NCBI GenBank assembly: GCA_051313645.2
Contig: JBNRSN020000017.1
Span: forward strand, 1,612,001-1,676,000
From: Centroscyllium fabricii
Taxonomy: Eukaryota
DNA length: 64,000 nucleotides
Reading direction: 5' to 3'
Of the stretch, positions 63,926-64,000 are shown piece after piece (positions within the stretch are counted from its first letter, which is position 1; the number at the start of each line of letters is the position of its first letter). Both the position numbers and the translations under genes were made by a program. The notes under the pieces are model-generated. The model searched no databases and was not told the origin of the DNA. It saw only the letters and a program-made list of their open reading frames with translations.

Positions 63926-64000
63926 TATGTGTATAGCTGCTACAGACTGGTCTCCGTGTCCGATCAATCTTTCTGGGGAAGTCTTTCTTAGAAAAATAGG

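Noticed and set aside
24885-63967. Dozens of long minus-strand ORFs (up to 798 aa) repeating LQSSLSRAAILTIPSCNPHYPE
   Set aside because: The reverse complement of the 22-mer has no stop codon, and 22 is not a multiple of 3, so every frame gives the same 22-aa repeat. Indel variants of 20, 21 and 26 bp occur freely, which shows no frame selection.

Overview
Eukaryotic vertebrate DNA, very probably from a shark or ray, judged from HE1-type V-SINEs and their CR1 partner LINEs. It has three zones. (1) 1-15.0 kb is a nested retroelement pile: a decayed Gypsy LTR retrotransposon sits inside a CR1 LINE, and an older plus-strand LINE is split by two CR1 copies, SINEs and another retroposon. It appears to lie in a >15 kb intron. 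(2) 15.0-23.9 kb holds the last six coding exons of UTP6 (+ strand, all GT-AG, frame continuous to TAA at 21253). Unrelated minisatellites fill three of the five introns. Downstream are a TA-flanked 637-bp Tc1/mariner-type MITE and further short arrays. (3) 23,881-63,925 is one complete ~40 kb array of a 22-bp satellite (about 1,800 copies) with variant-coded, multi-kilobase higher-order structure. I found no convincing new protein-coding system. The long repetitive ORFs are artefacts of stop-free repeat strands. The features most worth follow-up are the architecture and exact boundaries of the satellite, a branch-point-like minisatellite just upstream of a UTP6 acceptor, and the promoter/intron-like cargo of the MITE. 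Coordinates were read by eye and repeat boundaries are approximate.
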